A stretch of DNA of 64,000 bases, taken from contig NC_090371.1 of NCBI RefSeq assembly GCF_036365525.1, positions 155,342,669 to 155,406,668 of the forward strand, in the 5' to 3' direction. Positions 52,089-63,363 of this stretch are shown here, piece after piece. Numbering within the stretch: position 1 is the stretch's first letter; each line of letters begins with the position of its first letter. A program made the position numbers and the translations under genes. Source of the stretch: Heterodontus francisci (lineage: Eukaryota). The notes beneath the pieces were generated by a model. The model had not been told where the DNA came from. It did no database searches and saw nothing but the letters and a program-made list of their open reading frames with translations.

Positions 52089-52530
52089 GGCCAGGATTTT
52101 ACTGATCTCCCAACATCGGGCTCCGTGGTGGTGGGGTGGAGGGGTGCAGGAAGATCGTTCCAGTAGTGGTCCGCCATGGAGCCCGGCGCCAGGAGTGCTG
52201 GGCCCAATCTTCCCAGCGGTGGCGAGACTCCTTGGTGGCCCTCCCGCCACTGGGCAACAGGACCCAGATTAACATATTTAAATTAATGAAATGAATACAT
52301 TTAAATAAAATCAACAGCGATCTTACCTTTGAGTCGTGATCTTCCGAGCGGCAGCCAGCACTCACACTTTCACTTTCCTATCTGAGGAAAGCAGGCGCCA
52401 CCATGATGGGGAAGGGGGGAGCTTATGATTTTTAGTGCAGTGGTGAGGGGGGAATGGGCTCTAATGCAAATTATTAGTGTAGAGGAAGGTGGGAAGGGGA
52501 GACCTCTGCACTTTGATCGGTTTGGGAGTA
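52089..52530. mobile_element. Truncated Harbinger-type MITE (left end only)
   Basis: Starts ggccaggattttac. No right TIR found. Confidence 0.6.
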
Positions 52531-52676
52531 ATTATGACTATGTGTTAGTGTTAACAGGTGATACAAATCAACAGCTTGTTTGCCATTTCTCTCAACATCC
52601 TGAGAAATGTAAAATGGGCTGCTAATTTGCTATTTCCTTTTTTACACTATCGCTCAACGTCAATATGGTTCCCCTG

Positions 52677-52991
52677 GGATGCTGCATTTTTGGAGATGCT
52701 GTTTTTCACATGAGACATTAAACCAAGGCCCTGTCTGCTCTCTCTGGGTGAATGTAAAAGATTGCATGGTATTATTTAAAGAAGAACATGGGAGTCTTGG
52801 TCAATATTTATCCCTGAATCAACACTGCTGAATCATTTACCTCACGATGTTTGTGCGACCTTGCTATAGGCAATTTGAATACTGTGTTTCCCTACATCAC
52901 AACGGTGACTATATTTCAAAAGTCCTTCCTTAGATGTAAAGCACATTGGGACACTCTGTGGTCATGAAAGGCACTATATAAATGCAAGTTC
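52677..52991 (+). mobile_element. DeuSINE-type SINE (SacSINE1/AmnSINE1-like), head missing
   Basis: atgagacattaaaccaaggccctgtctgctctctc..gtaaaagat core and tail gaaaggcactatataaatgcaagt. Family assignment is from recall of the consensus. Confidence 0.75.
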
Positions 52992-53905
52992 AAACTATTC
53001 TAAGAGGTAGCTGGAAAAGCACCAACACCTAGAACTTAGTAAGAAACAGCTGAAATGTATTCAGAAAAGAAATATACAGCCTGATAGATGTCCTTGACTT
53101 GTTTAGGCTATTAGAGTTTAAAAAAAATTGTGGTTTTCCAGTGCAGTCTTACTGTAAGTCCAGTAGATAGTGCACTGGATGGTTCACAGAAACATTACAT
53201 GCTTGTCGCTGGAAAACAACTAATTTTGGGCTCACTTGAAGATCCTGCAAAAACCATGGTGGCTCACCTCTCCTGTGTATGGGTTTGGTTCCAGTTTGTG
53301 TTACCTGTCACAGGGTAGAGTGTCTCTACCAACTGCTACAGCGGGGGCGGGTGGGTTAGATGTGGGACATTGATAGTTGGAAAGTGCACGCATGTCAATT
53401 TATTGACTGCTTTTTATCCTTTTTTCCTTCTTAATTTATAGTTCAATGAGATTTCTTCCTACGGAAGAACACTCTGGAAATATAAGTTTTATATTCTTTG
53501 CATCAATGCTTTTGAATTAATAATGTTCCATTATTTATATCTTCTTCAATAATGTTATGATGTTTAAAGAAGCCAACAGATAATTATTTCCATTATTATC
53601 TCACTCAGCTATGGCACTTGTACACCTTCTGTGTTCAATTCAGCTGAGCGGTCAATTTCAGACCAGGGGACTGCTGTGGAAGGGAAAACTATTTATTTGG
53701 GCAGTGGCAGTACCCGAGACACTACACGTGTAGTGTCTCCCACCCACCCTCCTCCTCTAACCAAAAAAAAAGGACTCGACTGTGGTGATAAGGTAAGCTT
53801 TTTATTTAAAAAGTTCAGTCCGTCGGATTGCTAAGCGAACAAGTTTTGACTTTTTTTTTTCGTTTGGTTTTTCAGTAGATTTATTGGGAATCTAGAATAG
53901 TGGGA

Positions 53906-54841
53906 ATGGAGGTAAAGGCAGTTGTATGTTCCTCCTGCAGAATGTGGGAGGTAGGGGTCGCCAAGAGTGTCCCTGCTGACTGTATCTGCGGGAAGTGCAC
54001 CCAACTGCAGCTCCTCGCAGACCGCGTTAGGGAACTGGAGCTGGAGCTGGATGAACTTCGGATCATTCGGGAGGCGGAGGGGATTATTGACAGGAGTTAT
54101 AGGGAGGCAGTCACACCTCAGGTAAAAGAAGTAGGTAGATGGGTTACCGTCAGGGGAAGGAAAGGGAACCAGCAGGCAGTGCAGGGATCCCCTGTGGCCG
54201 TTTCCCTCAACAACAGGTATACCGTTTTGGATACTGTTGGGGGGGACGACTTACCAGGGGTAAGCAATGGGGTGCAGGTCTCTGGCACAGAGTCTGTCCC
54301 TGTTGCTCAGAAGGGAAAAGGGAAGAGGAGCAGAGCATTAGTCATTGGGGACTCCATAGTTAGGGGAACAGATAGGAGGTTCTGTGGGAACGAGAGAGAC
54401 TCACGGTTGGTGTGTTGCCTCCCAGGTGCCAGGGTACGTGATGTCTCCGATCGTGTTTTTGGGATCCTTAAGGGGGAGGGGGAGCACCCCCAAGTCGTGG
54501 TCCACATAGGCACCAACGACATAGGTAGGAAGAGAGATGGGGATTTAAGGCAGAAATTCAGGGAGCTAGGGTGGAAGCTTAGAGCGAGAACAACCAGAGT
54601 TGTTATCTCTGGGTTGTTGCCTGTGCCACGTGCTAGCGAAGAGAGGAATAGGGAGAGAGAGGAGTTGAACACGTGGCTGCAGGGATGGTGTAGGAGGGAG
54701 GGTTTTGGTTTCCTGGATAATTGGGGCTCTTTCTGGGGTAGGTGGGACCTCTACAAACAGGATGGTCTTCACCTGAACCAGAGGGGTACCAATATCCTGG
54801 GGGGGAGATTTGTTAGTGCTCTTCGGGGGGGTTTAAACTAA
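53906..54841 (+). CDS. CR1 ORF1p: zinc-finger/leucine-zipper plus SGNH esterase domain
   Basis: CSSC..CGKC, a heptad VRELELELDEL, GDSIVRG, HIGTND and DGLHLN. ATG at 53906. Confidence 0.93.
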   Translation: MEVKAVVCSSCRMWEVGVAKSVPADCICGKCTQLQLLADRVRELELELDELRIIREAEGIIDRSYREAVTPQVKEVGRWVTVRGRKGNQQAVQGSPVAVSLNNRYTVLDTVGGDDLPGVSNGVQVSGTESVPVAQKGKGKRSRALVIGDSIVRGTDRRFCGNERDSRLVCCLPGARVRDVSDRVFGILKGEGEHPQVVVHIGTNDIGRKRDGDLRQKFRELGWKLRARTTRVVISGLLPVPRASEERNREREELNTWLQGWCRREGFGFLDNWGSFWGRWDLYKQDGLHLNQRGTNILGGRFVSALRGGLN

Positions 54842-57722
54842 ATCAGCAGGGGAATGGGAACCTAAATTGTAGTTCCAGTGTACAGGCTGTTGAGAGTAGT
54901 GAGGTAGGGGATAAGGTTACAGGGACGCAAGAGGGCACTGGCAAGCAAGAACTTGGTTTAAAGTGTGTCTACTTCAACACCAGGAGCATCCGGAATAAGG
55001 TGGGTGAGCTTGCAGCATGGGTTGGTACCTGGGATCCTGATGTTGTGGCCATTTCGGAGACATGGGTAGAGCAGGGGCAGGAATGGATGTTGCAGGTTCC
55101 GGGATTTAGATGTTTCAGAAAGAACAGAGAAGAGGGTAAAAGAGGGGGGGGTGTGGCATTGTTAATCAAGGAAAGTATTACAGCGGCAGAAAGGACGTTT
55201 GAGGACTCGTCTACTGAGGTAGTATGGGCCGAGGTTAGAAACAGGAGAGGAGAGGTCACCCTGTTGGGAGTTTTCTATAGACCTCCGAATAGTTCCAGAG
55301 ATGTAGAGGAAAGGATAGCGAAGATGATTCTCGACAGGAGCGAGAGTAACAGGGTAGTGGTTATGGGGGACTTTAACTTTCCAAATATTGACTGGAAATA
55401 CTATCGTTCGAGTACTTTAGATGGGTCTGTTTTTGTCCAGTGTGTGCGGAGGGTTTTCTGACACAGTATGTGGACAGGCCAACCAGGGGCGATGCCACAT
55501 TGGATTTGGTACTGGGTAATGAACCCGGCCAGGTGTTCGATTTAGATGTAGGTGAGCACTTTGGCGATAGTGATCACAATTCGGTTAGGTTTACCTTAGC
55601 GATGGGCAGGGACAGGTATATACCGCAGGGCAAGAATTATAGCTGGGGGAAAGGAAATTATGACGCGATTAGGCAAGATTTAGGATGTGTAGGATGGGGA
55701 AGGAAACTGCAGGGGATGGGCACAAACGAAATGTGGAGCTTATTCAAGGAGCAGCTAATGCGTGTCCTTGATAAGTATGTACCTGTCAGGCAGGGAGGAA
55801 GTTGTCGAGCGAGGGAGCCGTGGTTTACTCAAGAAGTTGAAGCGCTTGTCAAGAGGAAGAGGGCGGCTTATGTTAGGATGAGACGTGAAGGCTCAGTTAG
55901 GGCGCTTGAGAGTTACAAGCTAGCCAGGAAGGATCTAAAGGGAGGGCTAAGAAGAGCAAGGAGAGGACACGAGAAGTCATTGGCGGATAGGATCAAAGAA
56001 AACCCTAAGGCTTTCTATAGGTATATCAGGAATAAAAGAATGATAAGAGTTAGAACAGGGCCAATCAAGGATAGTAGTGGGAAGTTGTGTGTGGAATCAG
56101 AGGAGATAGGGGAAGCGTTAAATGAATATTTTTCGTCAGTATTTACAGTAGAGAAAGAAAATGTTGCCGAGGAGATTACTGAGATACAGCCTACTAGGCT
56201 AGATGGGATTGAGATTCACAAGGAGGAGGTGTTAGCAATTTTGGAAAGAGTGAAAATAGATAAGTCCCCTGGGCCAGATGGGATTTATCCTAGGATTCTC
56301 TGGGAAGCCAGGGAGGAGATTGCAGAGCCGTTGTTGTTGATCTTTAAGTCGTCATTGTCGACAGGAGTAGTGCCGGAGGACTGGAGGATAGCAAATGTTG
56401 TCCCCTTGTTCAAGAAGGGGAGTAGAGACAGCCCTGGTAATTATAGACCTGTGAGCCTTACTTCGGTTGTGGGTAAAATGTTGGAAAGGGTTATAAGAGA
56501 TAGGATTTATAATCATCTTGAAAAGAATAAGTTCATTTGCGATAGTCAGCACGGTTTTGTGAAAGGTAGGTCGTGCCTCACAAACCTTATTGAGTTTTTT
56601 GAGAAGGTGACCAAACAGGTGGATGAGGGTAAAGCCGTGGATGTGGTGTATATGGATTTCAGTAAGGCGTTTGATAAGGTTCCCCACGGTAGGCTATTGC
56701 AGAAAATACGGAAGTATGGGGTTGAAGGTGATTTAGAGCTTTGGATCAGAAATTGGCTAGCTGAAAGAAGACAGAGGGTGGTGGTTGATGGCAAATGTTC
56801 ATCCTGGAGTTTAGTTACTAGTGGTGTACCGCAAGGTTCTGTTTTGGGGCCACTGCTGTTTGTCATTTTTATAAACGACCTGGATGAGGGTGTAGAAGGG
56901 TGGGTTAGTAAATTTGCGGATGACACGAAGGTCGGTGGAGTTGTGGATAGTGTCGAAGGGTGTTGTAGGGTACAGAGGGACATAGATAGGCTGCAGAGCT
57001 GGGCTGAGAGATGGCAAATGGAGTTTAATGCGGAGAAGTGTGAGGTGATTCACTTTGGAAGGAGTAACAGCAATGCAGAGTACTGGGCTAATGGGAAGAT
57101 TCTTGGTAGTGTAGATGAGCAGAGAGATCTTGGTATCCAGGTACATAAATCCCTGAAAGTTGCTACCCAGGTTAATAGGGCTGTTAAGAAGGCATATGGT
57201 GTGTTAGCCTTTATTAGTAGGGGGATCGAGTTTCAGAGCCACGGGGTCATGATGCAGCTGTACAAAACTCTGGTGAGGCCGCACCTGGAGTATTGCGTGC
57301 AGTTCTGGTCACCGCATTATAGGAAGGATGTCGAAGCTTTGGAAAGGGTGCAGAGGAGATTTACTAGGATGTTGCCTGGTATGGAAGGAAGGTCTTACGA
57401 GGAAAGGCTGAGGGACTTGGGGTTGTTTTCGTTAGAGAAAAGGAGGAGGAGAGGTGACTTAATAGAGACATACAAGATAATCAGAGGGTTAGATAGGGTG
57501 GATAGTGAGAGTCTTTTTCCTCGGATGAGGATGGCAAACACGAGGGGACATAGCTTTAAGTTGAGGGGTGAAAGATATAGGACAGATGTCAGAGGTAGTT
57601 TCTTTACGCAGAGAGTAGTAGGGGCGTGGAACGCCCTGCCTGCAACAGTAGTAGACTCGCCAACTTTAAGGGCATTTAAGTGGTCATTGGATAGACATAT
57701 GGATGTAAATGGAATAGTGTAG
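54842..57722 (+). pseudogene. CR1 ORF2p (APE endonuclease + RT) with a single 1-bp frameshift near 55447
   Basis: ORF 55000..55461 (ISETW, GDFNFPNIDW) joins 55440..57722 (SDHNS, QHGF, FADDTK). No other stop seen. Confidence 0.93.
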
Positions 57723-57812
57723 GTCAGATGATCGGCGCAACATCGAGGGCCGAAGGGCCTGTACTGCGCTGTAATATTCTAATTCTAATTCTAATTCTAT
57801 ATTCCTCGGGGA

Positions 57813-57915
57813 TTCTCCCGATCGGCTGCTATAACTTCAGTGGAAATTTATGGAAACTGTGTTTATGAATTTATCCAACATGTTCCACTGAAGTTAGGGT
57901 GACCAATCGGGAGAA
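57813..57915. repeat. Short inverted repeat (hairpin, MITE-like)
   Basis: ttctcccgatcggctgctataacttcagtggaa (57813-57845) vs ttccactgaagttagggtgaccaatcgggagaa (57883-57915). Confidence 0.8.
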
Positions 57916-58040
57916 CACTGGACTAAATTTTCAGCAACTCAGTATTGGAACGCATAACAACTATCTTTATTTTAATATTTAAACTAGAGATTGAAAATGA
58001 TTCCATAACATTTTTTTGGCTTCAAATGTTGAATTACAAC

Positions 58041-58140
58041 ACATTACAATAGTAACTACACTTTAAATATACTTCATTGGCTGTGAAAAACTGTGGTACA
58101 TAATGAGGTGCTGAAAGGAACTATATAAATAAAGTTCTTT
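58041..58140 (+). mobile_element. DeuSINE-type 3' tail
   Basis: Matches 52894-52991. Confidence 0.7.
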
Positions 58141-58284
58141 CCTTTATTCTTTCTTTTCCAAAGATTTCCCCTTCAGCAATTTAGCGATTGATTTTAACTA
58201 TTCCCTTTGGATGGGAAATGAGTAGCTTGTTTTACACTCACCATTTTCCCTTCCTTTCTATTGATTCCATTGTTAAAGATATGA

Positions 58285-59500
58285 TGATGTAGTGGTTATG
58301 TTACTGGATTAGTAATCTAGAGGCCTGAACTAGTGATCCAGGGAATATAGCCTTCAATCCACCATGCCAGCTTGAGAACTTGAATCCAATTTTTAAAAAA
58401 TTGAAACTAAAAACTGGTATCACTAAAAATGACCATGGCCGGAATTTTACGGCACCCCCATCGAGCCAGATGGTGGCGGGGGTGGGGGGTGGCGTAAGAT
58501 GGAGCGGGAGGCTCCAGGAGGCTTTCCCGACCCACTTCCGCCTCCGCCCCCCCCCCCCCCATTACACAGGGAGGGGGAACAATAAACGGGCCGCCCGCCC
58601 CTGACCAATCTAGGCCCTTAAGTTGCCACTTAACAGCCACTTAAGGGCCTTCACCCGCCTCCACACAGATTTTACGCTTGGCAAGCGGGCGTCCTGGAGC
58701 TGGGAAAAGCCACTAGAAAAACCAGGCGGCTTCTCAGCGCGCCGGGGGCCCTGATATTCAGGCACAGGGTGCCCAATGGAGGGCCGTCCGTGCTTCCCCA
58801 ACCACCCCCAGGACCTAACATGCCCCCTTCCCCCCAAACGACCACCCTTGCCTCACCGGGGCCCGACCGATTACCCCCGGCAAGACAACCAAAACTCACC
58901 TTAAATCCCGGCTCCATGTCTGCGGGCAACTGGGCTGCAGTCCCAGTAGTGGCCACCGCTCCCGGTGGCGTTGCTGGGACTAAGAGCTGCCGGGCCGCTG
59001 ATTGGCCAGCAGCTCAATGAGGCAGGACTCCCTCACTCAAGCGGGTGGATGTCCCGCCTTGGAACAATTAAAGCCTGGGGCCCCATAAAATGTGGGACAG
59101 ATTCCCAGGCAAGGCGGAAGTGGGTTTGCCACCGACTTTTATGTCAATGGCCAGCTTCCGTCCGCCCAATGTAAAATCCAGCCCCAGGAAGCTGTTGGAT
59201 TGCTATAAAAACCTAACTGGCTCACCAGTATACTTGAGGGAAGGAAACCTGCTGTCCTTACCCAGTGACTCCAGCCCCACACCAACATAATTGACTCTTA
59301 ACTGCCCTGTGAAGTGACCTAACAAGTCACTCAATTGTAAATATCAAAGAATAACAAGAACTCTCTGCTTAAAAGCATTGTATGAGCAACTTCACCTCAC
59401 GGGCTGCAGTGGTTTAAGAAGAAGATCCACTACCGTCGTCTTAAGGAGAACTCAGGATGGACAACAAATGTCAGGATTGCCAGTGATGCCTATATGGTAT
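58285..59500 (+). mobile_element. Bipartite SINE (tRNA head + 5' region + tail of the tRNA-headed LINE), split by a MITE
   Basis: Head tgatgtagtggttatgttactggattagtaatctag matches 45211-45246, the body matches to ~45550, then it jumps to the LINE terminus at ~59359. Confidence 0.8.
58437..59184. mobile_element. Harbinger-type MITE (~0.8-kb family, opposite orientation)
   Basis: Termini ggccggaattttac...gtaaaatccagccc, flanks cat/cag. Confidence 0.88.
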
Positions 59501-60209
59501 GTGATGCCTCCCATAATAGCCTTCCAACACTCTTCAAGGTTTATGCATGAATAATAGCAACTTGGATGAAATAGTACAGGGTTCTTGGTACCCAAGGCAC
59601 CATATTCCAGCAATAGCTAATATTTTCAAGACCAAAGGATATGCGAGAAAGATAATGGAGAAAAAAAATGTTGAGCAAGATGTAGAGGAGAGGAAATCAT
59701 TGTCGCTATCCTTGGCAGGGTAGATAAATATAATTTTTAAAATGAGTAGTGCGCCAAACTGTGATTAAACTGCATGGCAATTTTGCTTCCAAGCCGTTTA
59801 TACCAGTTAGCAGTCTTAGCATTATGTTTATCAACTTTGAATTTAGAGTGGAAAATACCTGTACATCAGTTTAGCCAAGTGTATGCCATAACAAAACTGA
59901 AAGACCTGAAGGGGTTTAATTAAAATCTATTTTCTTCTCACCTTAGGCGTAGAGCACAGCAAAGAATGAAATTATCAAATCTTCCTTAGCACAATGATTG
60001 TAGATGTTTCTTAAGGATTAAAGTTTTTGGCCCAGAGAATCACTGTCTCTGTGAACAGATTGAGAAATCTTTCTGCTTTCAAAGTTAGAAGTCAACAGAA
60101 GTTCAGAAGTTAGTGAGAGTGAATGTTGTTCCCTAATTTCCAGATTTTTGTAACAGATTATTTTGCTTTTTTTGGCACCTTTTACCCTTTTTACTGCAGA
60201 TTTTTTTTT

Positions 60210-60660
60210 GAATGAAAGGGCTATCATATGAGGACAGATTGAGTAGAATGGTTCTATATTCCCTTGAGTTTAGAAGAATGCAAGTTGATCTAATTGAAAC
60301 GTATAAAATTCTTAGGGAGTTGACAGTGTAGATGCTGAGAGGCTGTTTCCCCTGACTGGAGAGTCATGGGGTCATGGTCTCAGGATGAGGATCATTTAGC
60401 ACTGAAGTGAGGAGAAATTTCTTCACTCACAGAGTAAATCTTTGGAATTATCTTCCCTTGAGGGGTGTGGCTGTTCAGTCAATAAGTCTTTTCAAGAATA
60501 AGTTTGCTAGATTTTTGGGCTGTGCCGAATCAAGGGATATGGGGATGGGGTGGGCAAGTGAAATTGATGTAACAGTTCAACCATGATCTTATTGAATGGT
60601 GGAGCAGACCCGAGTGGCTATATGGTCCACTCCTGCTCCTATTTTTTTATATTCTTATTA
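60210..60660 (+). mobile_element. CR1/HER1 3' fragment
   Basis: gagtttagaagaatg..gaggagaaatttcttcactcacagagt followed by the 3' UTR. Confidence 0.85.
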
Positions 60661-60788
60661 CAGATCAGGAATATATTAGAAAAAAGTAGTAAGGAAAGCT
60701 TTCAATAGGCAAAATCTCACTGACTTGAGGAGTTTATATAGGTCTAGACGATAAGGCATTATTTTGTGCAAAATATAGCAATTCTTAC

Positions 60789-60906
60789 CTATGCAGGGAC
60801 GTAAATAATTTCTATCACTGCAAGCAGTATTAGAAGCAGAATTAAGTTTGAAGATCTCTCCTTCTGAAAGGGCATAGACGCCATGCACATGAGGCTTCTT
60901 GAGATG
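60789..60906 (-). CDS. Candidate host-gene exon, product unknown
   Basis: AG acceptor, strong AG|GTAAG donor, and one open frame (HLKKPHVHGVYALSEGEIFKLNSASNTACSDRNYLRPCI). Confidence 0.25.
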
Positions 60907-61650
60907 CTAGGTTGCAACTTATAAAAATTACAGTCCTACACTGACTGTAACTGATGAATATTCAAAATAGGTCAACTCCCAAAGGCAGCTTGGCCTGACA
61001 TAGATGCATGGGAGGTAGGCATGGTTATATTTTTGGTTCCTTTTACCTTTTTTACTGAGATAGTTCTTGGGCTGAATTTTCAACTTCAGTAAGGCTGTGA
61101 AGTGGGCAGCATTGGATTGGCCACCCATTTTAAGCGCAAAATAATTTATTAAAACAGGAAATGAGCTTGTGAATATCAGAAACAGAACTATAATTTAGTA
61201 TAGTGGTGACTTCACCTTTAAGAAACCGTACCTTTAAGATACCAGGCCGCTGATGCAACTGATGACATCTGATACAATAGCTGTTAAGCTTTACTAGCTT
61301 CAGTATAATGGAAAAATATGGTTTGCAATTCCAGTGCTAAAATATAATTACTTCCGTACATGGCAGTCTCTGGTTTATTTCATTCTCTTCAGAGATTCCA
61401 GTAAAATTAATTGATTTGAAACGCACATGGGGTAATAAATACCCCTGAAAACAATTACTGAAGCCAACCAGCTGACAGATACATAGATCAACAAATTGTG
61501 CACAGTGGGGTTGATTTTGGCTTTTGGGATACTGATAGGTGGAGCAGATTGGTCAGCTGTCCATTCTGGTGGTGAGGATGTTCATGGGGTTTGTCCTGAT
61601 CTCCTGCTGTAAAGTTACAGGAGTTCAGTCGAATTTTGAGAAATGGTGTA

Positions 61651-61805
61651 AACAACAACTTGCATTTATATACCACCTTTTAAGTAGTAAAGTGTCTCAA
61701 GGTGCTTCACAGGAGTGTTATCATACAGAGATTTGACATTGAGCCATATAAAGAGATATGAGGAGAGATGACCACAGGGCATGGTGAAAGAGTTAGGTTT
61801 GAGGG
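61651..61805 (-). mobile_element. L2-type LINE 3' end
   Basis: The terminus is the reverse complement of the tatataaatgcaagtt tail shared with the DeuSINE at 52975-52990. Confidence 0.65.
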
Positions 61806-61812
61806 ATGCAGA

Positions 61813-62102
61813 CTGAGTGATGACAAGATAAAAATCTTCAATGATCTTTCAGTCCTTTGATGGTCTGCAGCTATGCAACTAGTAGTTAATATCTAAGATC
61901 AGTCAATGTTTGCATACAACATCTGGAAACCTCCTCCAGCTCGAGTGGCATGTACACCTGTTTAATGCAGATGTATTTACCACCGATCATACAATTGCAT
62001 CATGTTACTGCATCCACAAATGCTTCGTAATAATTTTCTAACTTAGTTCTGTCAGCTGAAAGCTTTGATCACTGAAGAGTACATATTAGAAATTGAAACC
62101 TT
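61813..62102. repeat. Copy 2 of the ~290-bp direct repeat (no TRIM)
   Basis: A single gttac at 62004-62008 sits where copy 1 has the duplicated GCTAC. Confidence 0.88.
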
Positions 62103-62137
62103 TTTTTAAAATATTAATTTAAATTTAATTTTTTCTA

Positions 62138-62875
62138 AAAGGACATTGACAAGTTGGTGGAATGGGCAGACAGGTGGCAGATGAAGTTCAATGCAGAAAA
62201 ATTTAAAGTGATTCATTTTGGTAGGAAGAACATGGAGAGACAATATAATATAAAGGGTACAATTCTAAAGGGAGTGCAGGAGCACGGGGACCTGGGTGTA
62301 TATGTGCATAGGTCATTGAAGGTGGCAGGACAGGTTGAGAGAGCAGTTAATAAAGCATATAGTATCCTGGGCTTTATTAATAAGGGCATAGAGTACAAGA
62401 AAATATTCACGAGAATGGTTCCAAGGATGAAGAACTTCAGTTATGGAGATAGATTCAAGAAGTTAGGACTGTTTTCCTTGGAGAAGAGAAGGCTGAGAGG
62501 TGATTTGATAGAGGTATTCAAAATCATGAGGTGTCTGGACAGAGTAGATAGAAACTATTCCCACTCATGAAAGGATTCAGAACAAGAGGGCACAGATTTA
62601 AAGATTTGGTAAGAGAAGTAAAAGTGACATGAGGAAAATCTTTTTCATGCAGCGAGTGGTTAAGGTCTGGAATGCAGTGCCTGAGAGTGTGGTGGAGGCA
62701 GGTTCAATTGAAGCATTCAAAAGGGAATTCGACTTTTATATGAAAAGGAAGAATGTGCAGGGTTATGGGGAGGGAGGGGGGGAACGGAACTGAGTCAATT
62801 GCTCTTTCAGAGAGCTGGTGCTGACACGATGGGCCAAATGGCCTCCTTCTGCGCTGTAACAATTCTGTGATTCCA
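62138..62875 (+). mobile_element. CR1 3' fragment with internal deletion
   Basis: ORF 62154..62570 reads WADRWQMKFNAEK..LRGDLIEVFKI, followed by the 3' UTR. Confidence 0.92.
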
Positions 62876-63363
62876 TGAAAATAATTTCCAATATTTACTC
62901 ACAGTGGGTGAGGTTCCCTGCAAATGTGAGTTGGGAAATTACTCCTCAAACACTGTTCTTATTTAGTTTCATGAGGGGATTATTACAGTTATTTTCAATA
63001 CTAGACTAATTGACACAGAAATATAATAAAAATTAGAAGCTCTGACGTGGGCTGCAGAAAAGTGGCATATGTAGTAACATATGTTGTCTCATTCAGAATG
63101 TGGATGTGATGGGAAACCAGGGCAGAGGAACAGTAATGGATAATACCTTACCTTACCTTATACCTTATACCAACTGAAGGATCAGCTGTCAAGGGTTTTG
63201 TATCGGTGACAGAGACTTTTAAAGTCATCTGTTGATGTTTAGGAAGAATTTCCTCTCCCTTACTGGACAGAGTAGATAGAAGCAAACTATTTCCACTAGT
63301 TGAATATTTGATAATGAAGGGACATAGATTAAACACAAGAGATTTAGAACAGAGAAGCAACAA

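Larger units (their letters stand above)
53690..57799 (+). mobile_element. Near-intact full-length CR1 LINE
   Basis: 5' UTR (start approximate), intact ORF1, ORF2 with one frameshift, and a 3' UTR ending in (ATTCTA)n at ~57776-57799. Confidence 0.97.

Noticed and set aside
59947-59989. Plus-strand acceptor followed by RRAQQRMKLSNLP*
   Set aside because: Too short, with no supporting upstream plus-strand exons.
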